64,000 nt of DNA from Takakia lepidozioides (taxonomy: Eukaryota > Plantae > Bryophyta). The notes under the pieces were generated by a model. It was given only the letters and a program-made list of their open reading frames with translations. It made no database searches and was not told the DNA's origin. The DNA is taken from contig CM060731.1 in the NCBI GenBank assembly GCA_030704615.1, positions 78,988,001 through 79,052,000 of the forward strand, in the 5' to 3' direction. Within the stretch, counting starts at the first letter, position 1, and each line of letters opens with the position of its first letter. This document shows positions 1-11,314 of the stretch, piece by piece. Made by a program: the position numbers and the translations under genes.

Positions 1-1146
1 ATGCAGGAAGGGGTGAAGCCTAACCAGGTCACATTTGTTTGCATTTGCATCGCATGTGCCAGCCTGGCAGCACTGGAAAAGGGCAAGGACATCCATGCTG
101 ACCTTATGAAAGCTGGAATTGTGCCAAATATCATCTTGGACACTGCCCTAGTGGACATGTATGCCAAATGCGGGAGCATCGATGATGCAAAGGGAGTGTT
201 TGACAATATGGCTGAACGAAATGTGGTGTCATGGAATGCGATGATCGCAGGACATACCCAGCATGGTGGTCATAGGAAGGCCCTGCAACTATTTGAAGAA
301 ATGCAAAAGGTAGGCTTGAAGCCAGACCGTATCAGTTTTATATGTGTGCTCTCTGCATGTAGCCATGGTGGCCTAGTGGATGAAGGCAGACACTACTTTG
401 ATTCCCTGAGTGACTATCATGGCCTCACTCCTACCACGGAGCACTTTGGCTGCATGGTGGACCTTCTTGGCCGTGCGGGGCAATTGGATGAGGCAGAAGA
501 CTTCCTGAACAAAATTCCAATCAAGCCAAATGCTGGGGTGTGGAAAGCCTTGCTTGGTGCCTGCAGAATTCATGGCCATGTGGAGGTGGCAGAACGTGCA
601 GCAAAATCTATCCTCAAGTGGGATCGACAGGACGCCGCAGCGTATGTGTTGCTATCAAACATATACGCTGCAGCTGGCAGGTGGGATGATACTGCAAAGG
701 TGAGAAAAATGATGAAGGTCAGAGGTGTCAGAAAGGAGCCAGGTCGCAGCTGCATTGAGGTTGGCAATGGGGTTCACACCTTCATGGTAGATGACAAATT
801 GCATCCACAAATTGAGGAAATCCATGGTGAGCTGAGAAGATTGTCTGGGCAGATGAAGGAGGTAGGGTATTTGCCTGACACACGCTTTGCGTTGCACAAT
901 ATGGAGGGGGAGCAAAAGGTATTCTCTCTGTGCCACCACAGTGAGAAGCTGGCCATTGCTTTTGGGCTGATCAGCACAGCCCCTGGGATGCCTCTCCGTG
1001 TCATCAAGAACCTTCGGGTGTGTGGTGACTGCCACACTGCCACCAAGTTTATCTCAAAGCTTGTGGGCCGAGCAATAGTCGTACGGGATGCAAACCGCTT
1101 TCACCACTTCGAAGATGGGATCTGTTCTTGTGGGGAGTACTGGTGA
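1..1146 (+). CDS. PLS-class pentatricopeptide repeat protein with E and DYW cytidine-deaminase domains (organellar C-to-U editing factor); 5' part probably lies upstream of the window
   Basis: Uninterrupted ORF with P/L/S repeats (ALVDMYAKCGS, NVVSWNAMIAG, CMVDLLGRAG), E domain (YVLLSNIYAAAGRW), PG box (KEPGRSCIE), HSEKLA and CGDCH zinc motifs, ending CSCGEYW-stop. Confidence 0.96.
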   Translation: MQEGVKPNQVTFVCICIACASLAALEKGKDIHADLMKAGIVPNIILDTALVDMYAKCGSIDDAKGVFDNMAERNVVSWNAMIAGHTQHGGHRKALQLFEEMQKVGLKPDRISFICVLSACSHGGLVDEGRHYFDSLSDYHGLTPTTEHFGCMVDLLGRAGQLDEAEDFLNKIPIKPNAGVWKALLGACRIHGHVEVAERAAKSILKWDRQDAAAYVLLSNIYAAAGRWDDTAKVRKMMKVRGVRKEPGRSCIEVGNGVHTFMVDDKLHPQIEEIHGELRRLSGQMKEVGYLPDTRFALHNMEGEQKVFSLCHHSEKLAIAFGLISTAPGMPLRVIKNLRVCGDCHTATKFISKLVGRAIVVRDANRFHHFEDGICSCGEYW

Positions 1147-1209
1147 AACAATGAGTTTCTTCTAAGGTTCACTCTCCAAATCTCTGCAGCTGCTCGGTTC
1201 GTTCACAAA

Positions 1210-1470
1210 TTCGTTTCCTCTTTGCTCAAAGGTAGACTCCCTGACTTTAAATTTCAGTCTATTGCTGGCCATTCACTTCATCCTTAAGGTCCTCACCCCT
1301 GGAAACAGATTCAGGGAGGTTTTATGCCTAACTTCATTTTCTTCAGACATTCTATGTGCTTGCAACATGAACTTAATTACTTCAGCCGCCAACTTAGCTT
1401 CATCTAGCAGAGTTCTTCCTGCCTAATATTCAAAATCTCCTCTACCCTTTTCCGCCAGCATATTGTAAGA
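1210..1470 (-). mobile_element. Degenerate LINE fragment, same family as the LINE at 11313-13191
   Basis: Reverse complement of ~1300-1355 (tgtctgaagaaaatgaagttaggcataaaacctccctgaatctgtttcc) matches 12645-12690; reverse complement of ~1215-1260 matches 12754-12815. Confidence 0.8.
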
Positions 1471-2991
1471 ATTTACTGTGGTTTCCGAACTCCATGCTAA
1501 GCAACCAAACCTTACGTACAAGGTTAGGAGAAGAAATCATGAGACATTTCGCCGTAGCCTTATGGCAGTAGACCCTGAGAGACAGATAGACAGACAGACA
1601 GAGTTCTTACATTTCTGCACCGACGGGGTGCTGGGCAAGTGTTCTGTGCAGGGGTGCTCGTGGCATGTTCTACACCCTGGGAAGACAGGTATGTGTATCA
1701 TTTGCTATACCCTGATTTCATATTAATTTTTATGTTATCACCCCTCCAAGTATTTTGTGACTTAGAGACCTGTCTAACTACTGAAGCTCATATTAGTCCC
1801 TCTTTGTTCTCACACAGCCCATCCCCAATGCTACTTCTGTCCTCACATCTTCATCTCTCCGCTCGAACTAGCTGGTACGAGAAAGAAATGCTGCATATCT
1901 ATGTTGACTAGGTTTCACTCTATTGAGTTGATCGACCTGTTGTTGCTTTTTGAATGGAGGTTGTATACATTCAGTACTTGTTTATTTATCATGCGAGCAC
2001 CTAAGGAAGCACGGAAGCTCCCAGTGAAGCATCTCCTGATGTAGGCCTTTTTGGTTGTAAGGTTGTGAAGTTGGGGTAAGGCCATGTTTATATGAAATGT
2101 TCTGGCCATAGATCTCATGCCCAATTGGAAGGCAGGAGAGGGGAAGGGGGGGAAGGGTATATGTCTCACATAATGATGAGTATATTCGAATAAAAGGATG
2201 ATGACTCGCATAGTCATTGTTTCACTCTTTGAGTTTTTACAAGTAAATCACTCTCGATACTCGTAACCAATTTCAAGCCACTAGGTCTGTTTGCCAGTGT
2301 CTATCTGTTACTACCATGTCATATTTGTTTGAACTGGCTACAGATACAAGAAGCAATGTGCTGCTTGAGTTGAAGATTAAACAGATAATCTCTCATGCTA
2401 TCTATTGAAAATTATGGTATAAACTGGCTGAGAAGTGAGACAGCGTGTGCTTGAGCCTGCTGAGGGGGAGGGGTGCTCTAAAAACGCACAATTGGTAAGA
2501 GGAGAGGTGTGAGCAACCAGCACTACCTAGAGCTTTGCCCTTCCGTTGTTGAGCTGCTACCGTCAGCCGAACCAAGTTACATTCACCCACACAAAAGTGC
2601 CCAAGTGAAAGTTGACCTTCTCAAAGAACCCATCTACATCTCTCTCTTGCATCCTACCATCACCCCAAGCTAATAATCAAGAAACCCCTTTCTCCTAAGA
2701 AGATGACAAGCTGTGGGTGTACTACCATGGGCACTACCATGGGGTTCTGTACGGCCTGGACACAGGTCTCTCAGAAATGCTTTGGACATAAAGGTGCTTT
2801 GCATTGGACGTAAGGGCTCCGCCGGTCCCGAGGCCGTCCCATGTTTCTGACAGCCATCGTGGTGTGAAATCCATAACCCTAAACCTACAGGTCTCTCCGT
2901 TTCGTGCTGCAACTCTCTTTGCGCTGCGGGCTACGACTGCTTGCGCCCTCTCTACTCTTGGCGTTTGCCGAGCCTCTGCAATCCAGCCATC

Positions 2992-3459
2992 ATGGGTCGT
3001 ATGCACAGTGGCGGATGAGCTCTAGCTTCTGCTGGCAAACTTGCGTGCGTGTTTCTGTAATTTGTTGATCCGTGGACGTAGGGTGAATGTCTGTTGTGTT
3101 AAGCAGTTGCTTTGTCTGATATGCAGGAAGGGTATGTCCTCATCGGCCCTGCCATACAAGAGAACTCCCCCCGGCTGGCTGAAGATCACATCCCAGGAGG
3201 TGGGTCACTCGTGAGATTTCGTTCTCTTCTCATGGCTGTGTATTTGGTGTGGCGGTGACGTTTGGGTGTTGTACTAGTGTGTTTACAATCTGTTTCTGTG
3301 TGGGTGTTTCGATATGTAGGGTTGAGGACCATATTTGCAAGCTGGCAAAGAAGGGTCTGACGCCATCACAGATTGGTGTAATTTTGAGGGACTCTCATGG
3401 CATTGCGCAAGTTAACAGCGTGACGGGGAGCAAGGTCCTCCGCATTTTCAAGGGCCATG
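2992..3459 (+). pseudogene. RPS13: 40S ribosomal protein S13 (uS15) pseudogene, three 5' exons only
   Basis: Exons 2992-3014 (MGRMHSG), 3127-3199 ([24 protein letters not shown]) and 3320-3459 ([27 protein letters not shown]). Intron 1 begins AT rather than GT, there is an extra G after the intron 2 acceptor, and no LAPEIPEDL exon was seen downstream. Confidence 0.88.
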
Positions 3460-3638
3460 GTAGCTCTTAACCCTACCACTTAAACACTACATTGCAATCT
3501 TTTGGCAAGTGACAATTTTAAGAGGTGAAAAGTCAGTCGGAGCCATCAAAGTTCTCCCATCCTATGTGTAGTGTAAAAGGTGTTCCCTTGGCTCGTCTGT
3601 CTCATTCTCATTCTCGAGTTTTTCTCTCGTCTTAGCGT

Positions 3639-3870
3639 ATGGAACGCATAGTCACGATGGAGCACATTAAGCATTCCAAACTTGAAGAAGGCATGGCTTT
3701 CCTTGGAGCGATTAAAGCAGACATCGGGGTGGAGGGGTTCACAGAGATGGTGCACAAGTTGGTGCTTCTTCAATTCGGAGAAGCAGGCGAGGTTTCGGAT
3801 GTTGTGAGAACAGCTGAAGACCTGTTGAAGAAGTCGCCCGTCCTTCCGACAGTTCCATGAGCTCTGTAGG
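3639..3870 (+). other. Possible degenerate PAH (Sin3 paired amphipathic helix)-like coding fragment
   Basis: EEGMAFLGAIKADIG...DVVRTAEDLLKKSPVL, then (frameshifted) RQFHEL, loosely follows the PAH pattern. Weak by-eye resemblance only. Confidence 0.25.
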
Positions 3871-4464
3871 CCCACACATGTTATCCTGAGGAAGAGGAAG
3901 GCATGGAATGGGAAGGGCAGAAAGAGATAGCAAGGAAGAAGGTAGCAAGGCACAGAAAGTTGGACAGCAAGTTTGATCAAACAGGCAGCCTCCTCTTGGC
4001 TTACTACCTCTCTATCTTCTCCAAATCCCTCACTTGCGGCTTTTGCAAATTTCAGCGTTGCTTAACACCTTCAACAGGTTGAGACAGGAAGATGGGCTGG
4101 TAACAACGAAATTAGATGGGCATGTACGTAACAAAATTGTAGGTCAGATGTCCTCACCTGGAGCTATGCACACAGAACCATTACAAAAACGACAACTTAG
4201 TTTTATGAATCCTCCAAGTTTACGTTGTACATCTGATGGGTGAAAACGCAAGGTCGCACTTACACACGCTTCTCCCAATCCCTTCGATGTGTAGCCACAC
4301 CCCAAGGATGTTTACTAGACTACGCTGATAGGAATGAGCAAGACTCAAAAGATCACTTGCCATAAGATTGTAATCTAAGTATACTTCACCGGTGTTTCCA
4401 ATTTGCTAGGCACTCGATGCACTGCGGTGCCGATGACTCCGCATAAACAAGCTGATATTCAACT

Positions 4465-6015
4465 AGAACTAGGGTAGCCTATGCCATTGGCCCAAGTGTC
4501 CACTGTCATCTAAGTTCAAGTGCAATCCCCTATGTATCCAAGTGTGTCTCCTATGTATTTCGAGGCCCCAGGTGTGTGAAGATATACTAAAATGAAGTTG
4601 GATATTGTGAGACCAAGTAGACCAAGTTGGCCCATGTGTGAAGAATTGAAATCTAGTACCAAGTGCAATTTCCTCAGTATCCAAGTGCGCCTCGCATGTC
4701 GAGGCTCATCTAAGCCCAAGTGCAATCTTCTATTCATGTATCCAAGTGCATCTCCCATGTAGAGGCCCAAGTGTCCAGTGTCATCTAAGCCCAAGTGCAA
4801 TCTCCTATGTATCCAAGTACGTCTCCCATGTCAAGGCCCATTTATTTTTTTCCATAAATTTATTGAGTAGTAATATATCCAATCATTATTGTTATATCTC
4901 CGTCGAGGCTCCAATTATCAATATATGAAGCAAGCCGGTTTGTTTGTTTGTTTTGTTTTGTTTTGTTTGTTTGTTTTGTAGCGTTGAGATCTCCCAATCC
5001 GCGGGGCCAGCCCTGGTGCTTGGTACCATTGGAAAGCCCTCGATGAGGAGGGGTGCACCGACTTGGTCTCGTGATTTTTGGACCTGCGGTGTGGGAGATG
5101 TGGAATTTCAAGTATTTTTAGTCGTCAAAAATTCGGGAAAATAGCAAAGTGGGCTTTCCTCGACAATGATTGGAGCCTCGACATGACATATATCAATAAT
5201 GATTGGATATATTACTACTCAATAAATTCACGAAAAAATTAAATTGTGCCTTGACATGGGAGACGAACTTGGATACATAGTAGATTGTACTTGGGCTTAG
5301 ACCACATTGGACACTTGGGCCTCTACAAAGAGATGCACTTGCATGGATAGGAAATTGCGCTTGGTCTTAGGTTTCAATTCTTCACACATGGGCAAAAGAT
5401 TTCAATTCGTTACACACATGGGCCAAAGACACATGCTACCCTAGAGGTCGCACTTGGGCCTCGACATAGAGGACGCAGTGGGATACATAGAAGATCTTAC
5501 ACTTGGGCTTAGATGACGGTGGACCCTTGGGCCAACGGCACAGGCTACCCTAGTCAATATATGAAGCGAATCATTTGTTTTATTTTGTAGCGTCGTTGAG
5601 ATCTCCCAAACCGCGGAGGCCCAGCCTTGGTGCTTGGTGCCGTTGGAAAGCCCTCAATGAGGAGGGGTGCATGGGCTTGGTCTCATCATTTTTGGACCTG
5701 CGGTGTAGGAGAAGTGGAATTCCAAGTACGTTTGGTCACTGGAAATTCGCAAAAAATTGCAAAGTGGATATATCAATATATGAAGCCTCGACATGGGAGA
5801 TTGCAAACATAGCAAAATGGGCTTTGTTGGAACAATGACGTAGAGATCTCCCAAACTGCAGGGTCTCTGGATACATAGGGGATTGCACTTGGACTCAGAT
5901 GACATTGGACACTGGAGGTCGCACTTGGGCCACTACATGGGAAAAGCACTTGGATACATAGGAGATTGCACTTGGGCTTAGATTTCAATTCTTCACACAT
6001 GGGCCAATGGCATAT
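4465..6015. repeat. Block of modular interspersed repeat (module A: cacttgggc/gcccaagtg short-period units; module B: ~220-bp gttggaaagccctcgatgaggagggg unit)
   Basis: Module B copies at ~4940-5160 and ~5575-5760 among module A units in both orientations; the same family recurs throughout the window. Confidence 0.9.
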
Positions 6016-6017
6016 GC

Positions 6018-6397
6018 TAAGGCTAGATCTCTTCAACCAGCAGGAAATTGAGATTGTCAAATCACACCGGTACCTAGGTCTGGTTATCCACTCCCCCAAA
6101 TACCAATTTGCAGCCACTGCCCTGGACAGATTGACTAAAGGTAAGGCAGCCTCAGTCCACCTTCAGGCCAAGTGCAAACAAATACATCTGCGTCACCCCC
6201 CAACCAAAAAGTGGCTTTTTGACACTGTCGTCAGCCCTGCTACCATCTATGGTTGTGAGTTCTGTGTTCCTATCTCCTGGTGGGAAAAGTCGTGTGTAAA
6301 GAATTGATCTCCCACACTGCAGTTTGGATTCTCCAAAGACTATGGGCTGCAGGTCAATCTTAGCAAGACCAAGATCATGGTCTTCAATGGCCAGGCT
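6018..6397 (+). mobile_element. Two scrambled fragments of a LINE reverse transcriptase
   Basis: QEIEIVKSHRYLG...LFDTVVSPATIYGCE (RT thumb region) is followed by DYGLQVNLSKTKIMVFNG, which normally precedes YLG. Confidence 0.75.
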
Positions 6398-6436
6398 GAC
6401 CGTAGACATAGGAGACGCACTTGGATAGAGAGAGAG

Positions 6437-6512
6437 AAGACTCCGGCCAAGGCCGGCGTAACTAAGAGTCACTTCGCCTTGCGGCTACTGCCCCCTTTCG
6501 GGGGTGGGCCCT
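6437..6512 (+). repeat. Short GC-rich hairpin repeat next to (GA)n; inverted copy at 28720-28812
   Basis: agactccgg...gccggcgtaa...cacttcgcct...gcggctactgccccctttcgggggtgggcccta, with the reverse complement at 28720-28800. Confidence 0.75.
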
Positions 6513-6854
6513 ATGTGAAAAAAAGGTGTCCAGGGGACACCTAGTGACCAAAGGGAGGTGGCACTCATGGCGCCGGGGTACCGTAGGTATCCATGGGACC
6601 CCGCGGGTACTCGAGATACCTAGAGGGTAGGGGGAAGGTTGGATTCAAATTGTCATTTGTTGGTAATGATAGCTGTGAGAGAACGAAGCGCAGGTGGATG
6701 GCTTTGAATGTGGATGGCTTTGAATGGATGGCTTTGAAGCCTTTATGAATAGGAGTGATGGGGATGTTAAGGTTATCATGAAGTGCATGCTTTGTTTGGT
6801 TTTGGCCTACAAGGTGGCCTGGATGGGGGGTTGTAAGAGGGTAGAGGTGAGTAG

Positions 6855-7420
6855 ATTCGCACTTGGATACATAGGAGATTGCACTTGGACTTAGATGACA
6901 CTAGACACTTGGGCCTCTACATGGGAAATGCACTTGAATACATGAATAGAAGATTGCACTTGGGCTTAGATGGGCCTTGACATAGGGGACGCACTTGGAT
7001 ACATAGAAAATTGCACTTACATCTTAGATTTTAATTCTTCACACATGGGCCAAAGGCACATGCTACCCTAGAAGTCGCACTTGGGCCTCGACATAAGAGA
7101 CGCACTCGGATACATAGAAGATCTTACACTTGGGCTTAGATGACACTGGACATTTGGGCCAACGGCACAAGCTACCCTAGTTGTCCTTGGAAAGCCCACT
7201 TTGCTATTTTTTGCAAATTTCCAACGACCAAAAATACTTCAAATTTCATATCTCCCACAATGCAGGTCCAAAAATTATGAGACAAAGTCGGTGCACCCCT
7301 CCTCTCCTCATCAAGGGCTTTCCAACGGTACCAAGCACCAGGGCTGGGGCCCCACGGTTTGAGATATGCTACAAAACAAACAAAACAAACAAACAAACTA
7401 CCTTGCTTCATATATTGATT
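6855..7420. repeat. Block of the modular A/B interspersed repeat
   Basis: Module A units 6855-7180; inverted module B ~7190-7415. Confidence 0.88.
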
Positions 7421-10400
7421 TGAACTGCAAAAAATTACTGGGCATTCCTTATACATATATACATATACATATCCCCTCAAGTGTGAGTCCAAAGTTTACA
7501 GCTTCACATCTCATGTGATGCGAACAGTAGCACTTAGATGGGGCTTGCTTTGGGGACCTGAGTAGCTCTTGCATGCTCAGTTTCAAGCCAAACCACAAAA
7601 GCCACTCCCCTCCAACTCCACGAACAGAACATTTAAATGAACACAGTGCGTTGTACACACTAACAGTGCCAACCCCAAATAGATTTGTATCCCCTGTAGG
7701 AGCTGCAGATAACACCTGCATTCCAGCCCTTTAGCATTCAAAGGTTCAGATGCCTAACCACCAAGTGGCACCTCTACATCAACAGTACAAGGGCACCCAT
7801 GATAACCCCGAAAACCGGCTAGACCAGCATCCTCACGAAGCAGGACAGAAAAGGCTAGTCTTCGAGGATCTTCAGAATTCAAGGTGTGACAGACATGGGA
7901 CCCCACGTTTCCCCAACCATGAGCTCACCCAATTCTCCAGTTGTAAAAATATACCTTCATCAATAGCAGGAATAACCCCATCAGACATACTTTACTAGTA
8001 GTTGTCATTAATGCTCTGCAGCTCGGCACAGGCACATGTGTGAACATCCTGCATGAGGGATGTTTGACCCATTCTGGAACATGAGGAAGTGGAGAGAAAA
8101 CTATATCTTCTTCAACTGTCCAATCATGAGACTCGTGGAGACAACTCTTTCCAGAGGTTGTTTATCCTTCTCAGAGGCATTTCATAAAATGAGTGGTTGC
8201 TTCCGTTGAGGAAGCACTTGAGTGCACCTAAAGTGTCCAACCTACGTCTCCAAAGAGACTGATTGTGCAGCTGTACACAATGTCTCTCTACTGATGAGGG
8301 CGTCAGCCACTACAAATATCATGAATGTATGCCATATAGATTCGATGTGTACAAATGTGTGCAGATGAAAGAGAGTCTACTAGATCACCCTTCCTGGTTT
8401 TAGATGGATGGGGAGAATGAGGGCTTGGAAAGCCCACTGTTATCCCTTTCCCTCAAAAGTTGTGCCACAGCTCAAAGGTTCTGACTGCATAACTGACTGC
8501 TCTTATGGTCCTGTCCATGAGGCAGTGCCACAAAAGAGAACTGTCTGTGCATAAAAGAGGTGCATAAACCTGTGACCAAAATCATGCAACTGGCGAAGTT
8601 GACAGCGACCCATGCTCTGGAGCCAACAGAAAGATGTAAGGAATCGGGGGAGGGAAACATGCACACCTTTTATTTGAGGATGGAACTGAACCCTTTAGTA
8701 CATTAGTGGAGTGAAAGGGGCCCTCACTGAGGCACACCTGTGCTTCTGTCAATTTGTGAAATAAGACGACTACAAAAACAAGTTTGATCAGGCCCTCACA
8801 GCTTGAAAGCCCATGGTGATCTGTTTGGAAAAAGTATATGATCTTTAAATGCATGCAATGTCTATGAGCAGTCCTACCCCATAACTGCAATCCAGAGGAT
8901 GCTGATGCCCAGAGGACTCTCCTCTTTCCACATCAACACAGATGTTTGACTGCACAACTCAAGCAAGGGTTACTCTAGCGTAATAAGCACTGCAACCTCT
9001 AGCCATTGCCTGTCATCACTATAAACGAGTGATGTAATTCATAGGCATTTCAACCCGTAATTCAGTACAATAATGGACAATGTTGCAACTCATGAGCATC
9101 AGCTCGGAAAGGGATGCCACTGGCACAACCTCTTCAGGTGTTTAGCACCATCAGTGAGCTCCCCAAGACAAACTATGCCAACAACATCCCTCCTATCCAT
9201 GTATGCCAGAAGAACTCTAAAGCAGGCGCAATGTGGAAACCTGAGGCTGGTCAGGTACATCAATAACAACAAACACCTTGGTCTTCAGTTCCTGGCCTGG
9301 GTTGCTTCTTGATGCCTAGATCTTGACCATCTTCCATGTATGAACTCCTGATGTTATCCACACAGGATGAAGCTCACCTACACCAGGATACATGGTATCT
9401 CTATCTCTATTCCTTCCATCCTTCAGAAGAAATAGAGAAGATTGCGGCGGACACCACAAATTGATGTCAGTTCTCAGAATAGAGAGCAAGCCAAATATAT
9501 GATTGGAATTAGGAAACTGGCACATAGGCCTTTGGCTTGGGTTTTACTTCTGCTTCACTCACGCTCAGCACAAATATGGCATCAGGTTCATGCCTGCACC
9601 AACTTATCCCAAAGTTACATTTGTCAAGCCGTGAATCCACCAGAACATGTGCTTCAGGACAGACATAACAAAGCAACCCATAGCTAGCATGCAAGCAATT
9701 CAGGGATCAGAAAAAATGACCACTTATCTTCAAGTCTTCAGAAGTACCCAGTTGCAGCTGACAGTAGATACATCGATTTTATAAAAATGATTAGATTTTG
9801 GGAATGATCATGCAATGAACTGTGATAGATGAAGCCAGAAGCTGGCTGTTGTTGAATAGAAGCTAAAGCACCCATGCTTACTTTGGATGAGATGGACAAA
9901 GAGAGGGAGGAGAAATGAGAAAGCAGTATTCATTTAACCAACGGTCTCTTGTCAAAGAAGAGATGAACAGAACAGGAAAAGTGGAGATCTTACAGTTTCT
10001 CGTCCTCCTCAAAGGTATAGCTTGAGGCCACAGCCAACAGGTGACCATCTCTGCTGAAAGAGAGTGCAGCAATGTTACTTGGATATCTTGGATACTGCAA
10101 GTGGCATACTTTGAGTGTTAAGACCTGCATGTAAGGTTTCCAAATTGAACAATAAAACCCATTCTAAAATAAAGTAACTACATTGATTGCACAACTATTT
10201 ACAGTAGTTCAGCTAGAGAATTGCTCTCACCTCCCCGAAGCAAGTATGATGAGATTGGAAATGTACCGCAGCATCTATAGTGCTGAAGCACAATTCAGTG
10301 AAACTGTACTGAGACCTGCACAACCACTTTATAGTAACTTGTTTGCCTACACACATGCTACACATTTGAAGAACAGATTATACCTGGTACAAGCGCTTCT

Positions 10401-11275
10401 GGTTGTTACCATCCCAAACATTGACAAAGCCATCAGAACCACCTGTTGCAAATGTCCCATAGCTGCAGCACCACACAAAAAAGCTCTCTTGAAGTCCTCC
10501 AAATTAGATATGTACTTCCACAATATTTCGAGCATTTTGTGAGGTACTCCATAGAGCCGATGCTTGAAGCCTCACAAGAATTTTCCGTCAATATGCTTGT
10601 AAAGTACATGAAGGAAGAAACATTGAGAAACTGTTGCCACAGCAGACCACGCTACAAGGATAGGTGGTACTAACATTGGGTGAAAGGCGATGGCATTGAT
10701 GGGATAGAATGCATCTCGCATCTCAGACTTTGGGTTGCACTTGAAGGCGTACCTGTATCACATTACAACTGTCATCTACTTTCAAAGTCTAACAAGATGC
10801 TGTAGCCACAAGTGGTGACAAATGTGAAGTCAACGTCTAATAGCTTGAAGACATACATAGAGACCAAGGATGCACCCTTTAGCCTTCTTGTTTCATGATT
10901 GAGATCATTGTCGCAATGAAAGGTTTTCTCCACTAACCATGTCTATGCTCTTTAGATAGGCAATATACACAGCAAAGGAATGCTTGCTACAATTAGAGAA
11001 GGACATGACAAACAATCATTGAAAAGAGAGTGTACTAGTTGGCTTGCCCTGCTTCTGACAGGTCAAAAAACTCCATGGCAACACGACCTTCCACTGAACT
11101 GACAGCATAACCTGCAAGGTACAGCACACTTCAGGAGTTACCAACCCACCTCTTTATGCCAAAATATCTGTCCCAACTTTGCTTACTGACTGCCACAATT
11201 GAGGCAGGTGCTCGTGCCCTTACATCTTTCATGGACTTGATTGAAATCCAATTGGGTCCTGTGTTCTAGGTGTTG

Positions 11276-11276
<1 letters not shown>

Positions 11277-11312
<36 letters not shown>
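11277..11312. repeat. (CT)n microsatellite, left flank of LINE
   Basis: Perfect CT run. Confidence 0.98.

Positions 11313-11314
<2 letters not shown>

Noticed and set aside
3015-3126. U12-type AT-AC intron in RPS13
   Set aside because: Ends in AG and lacks the ATATCCT donor; other lesions indicate a pseudogene.
6450-6510. HDV-like ribozyme (starts GGCCGGC)
   Set aside because: I could not find the P1 3' strand or the nested pseudoknot in the right order on either strand.
7430-9500. Short ORFs downstream of BUB3
   Set aside because: No recognisable domains or consistent exon chain.
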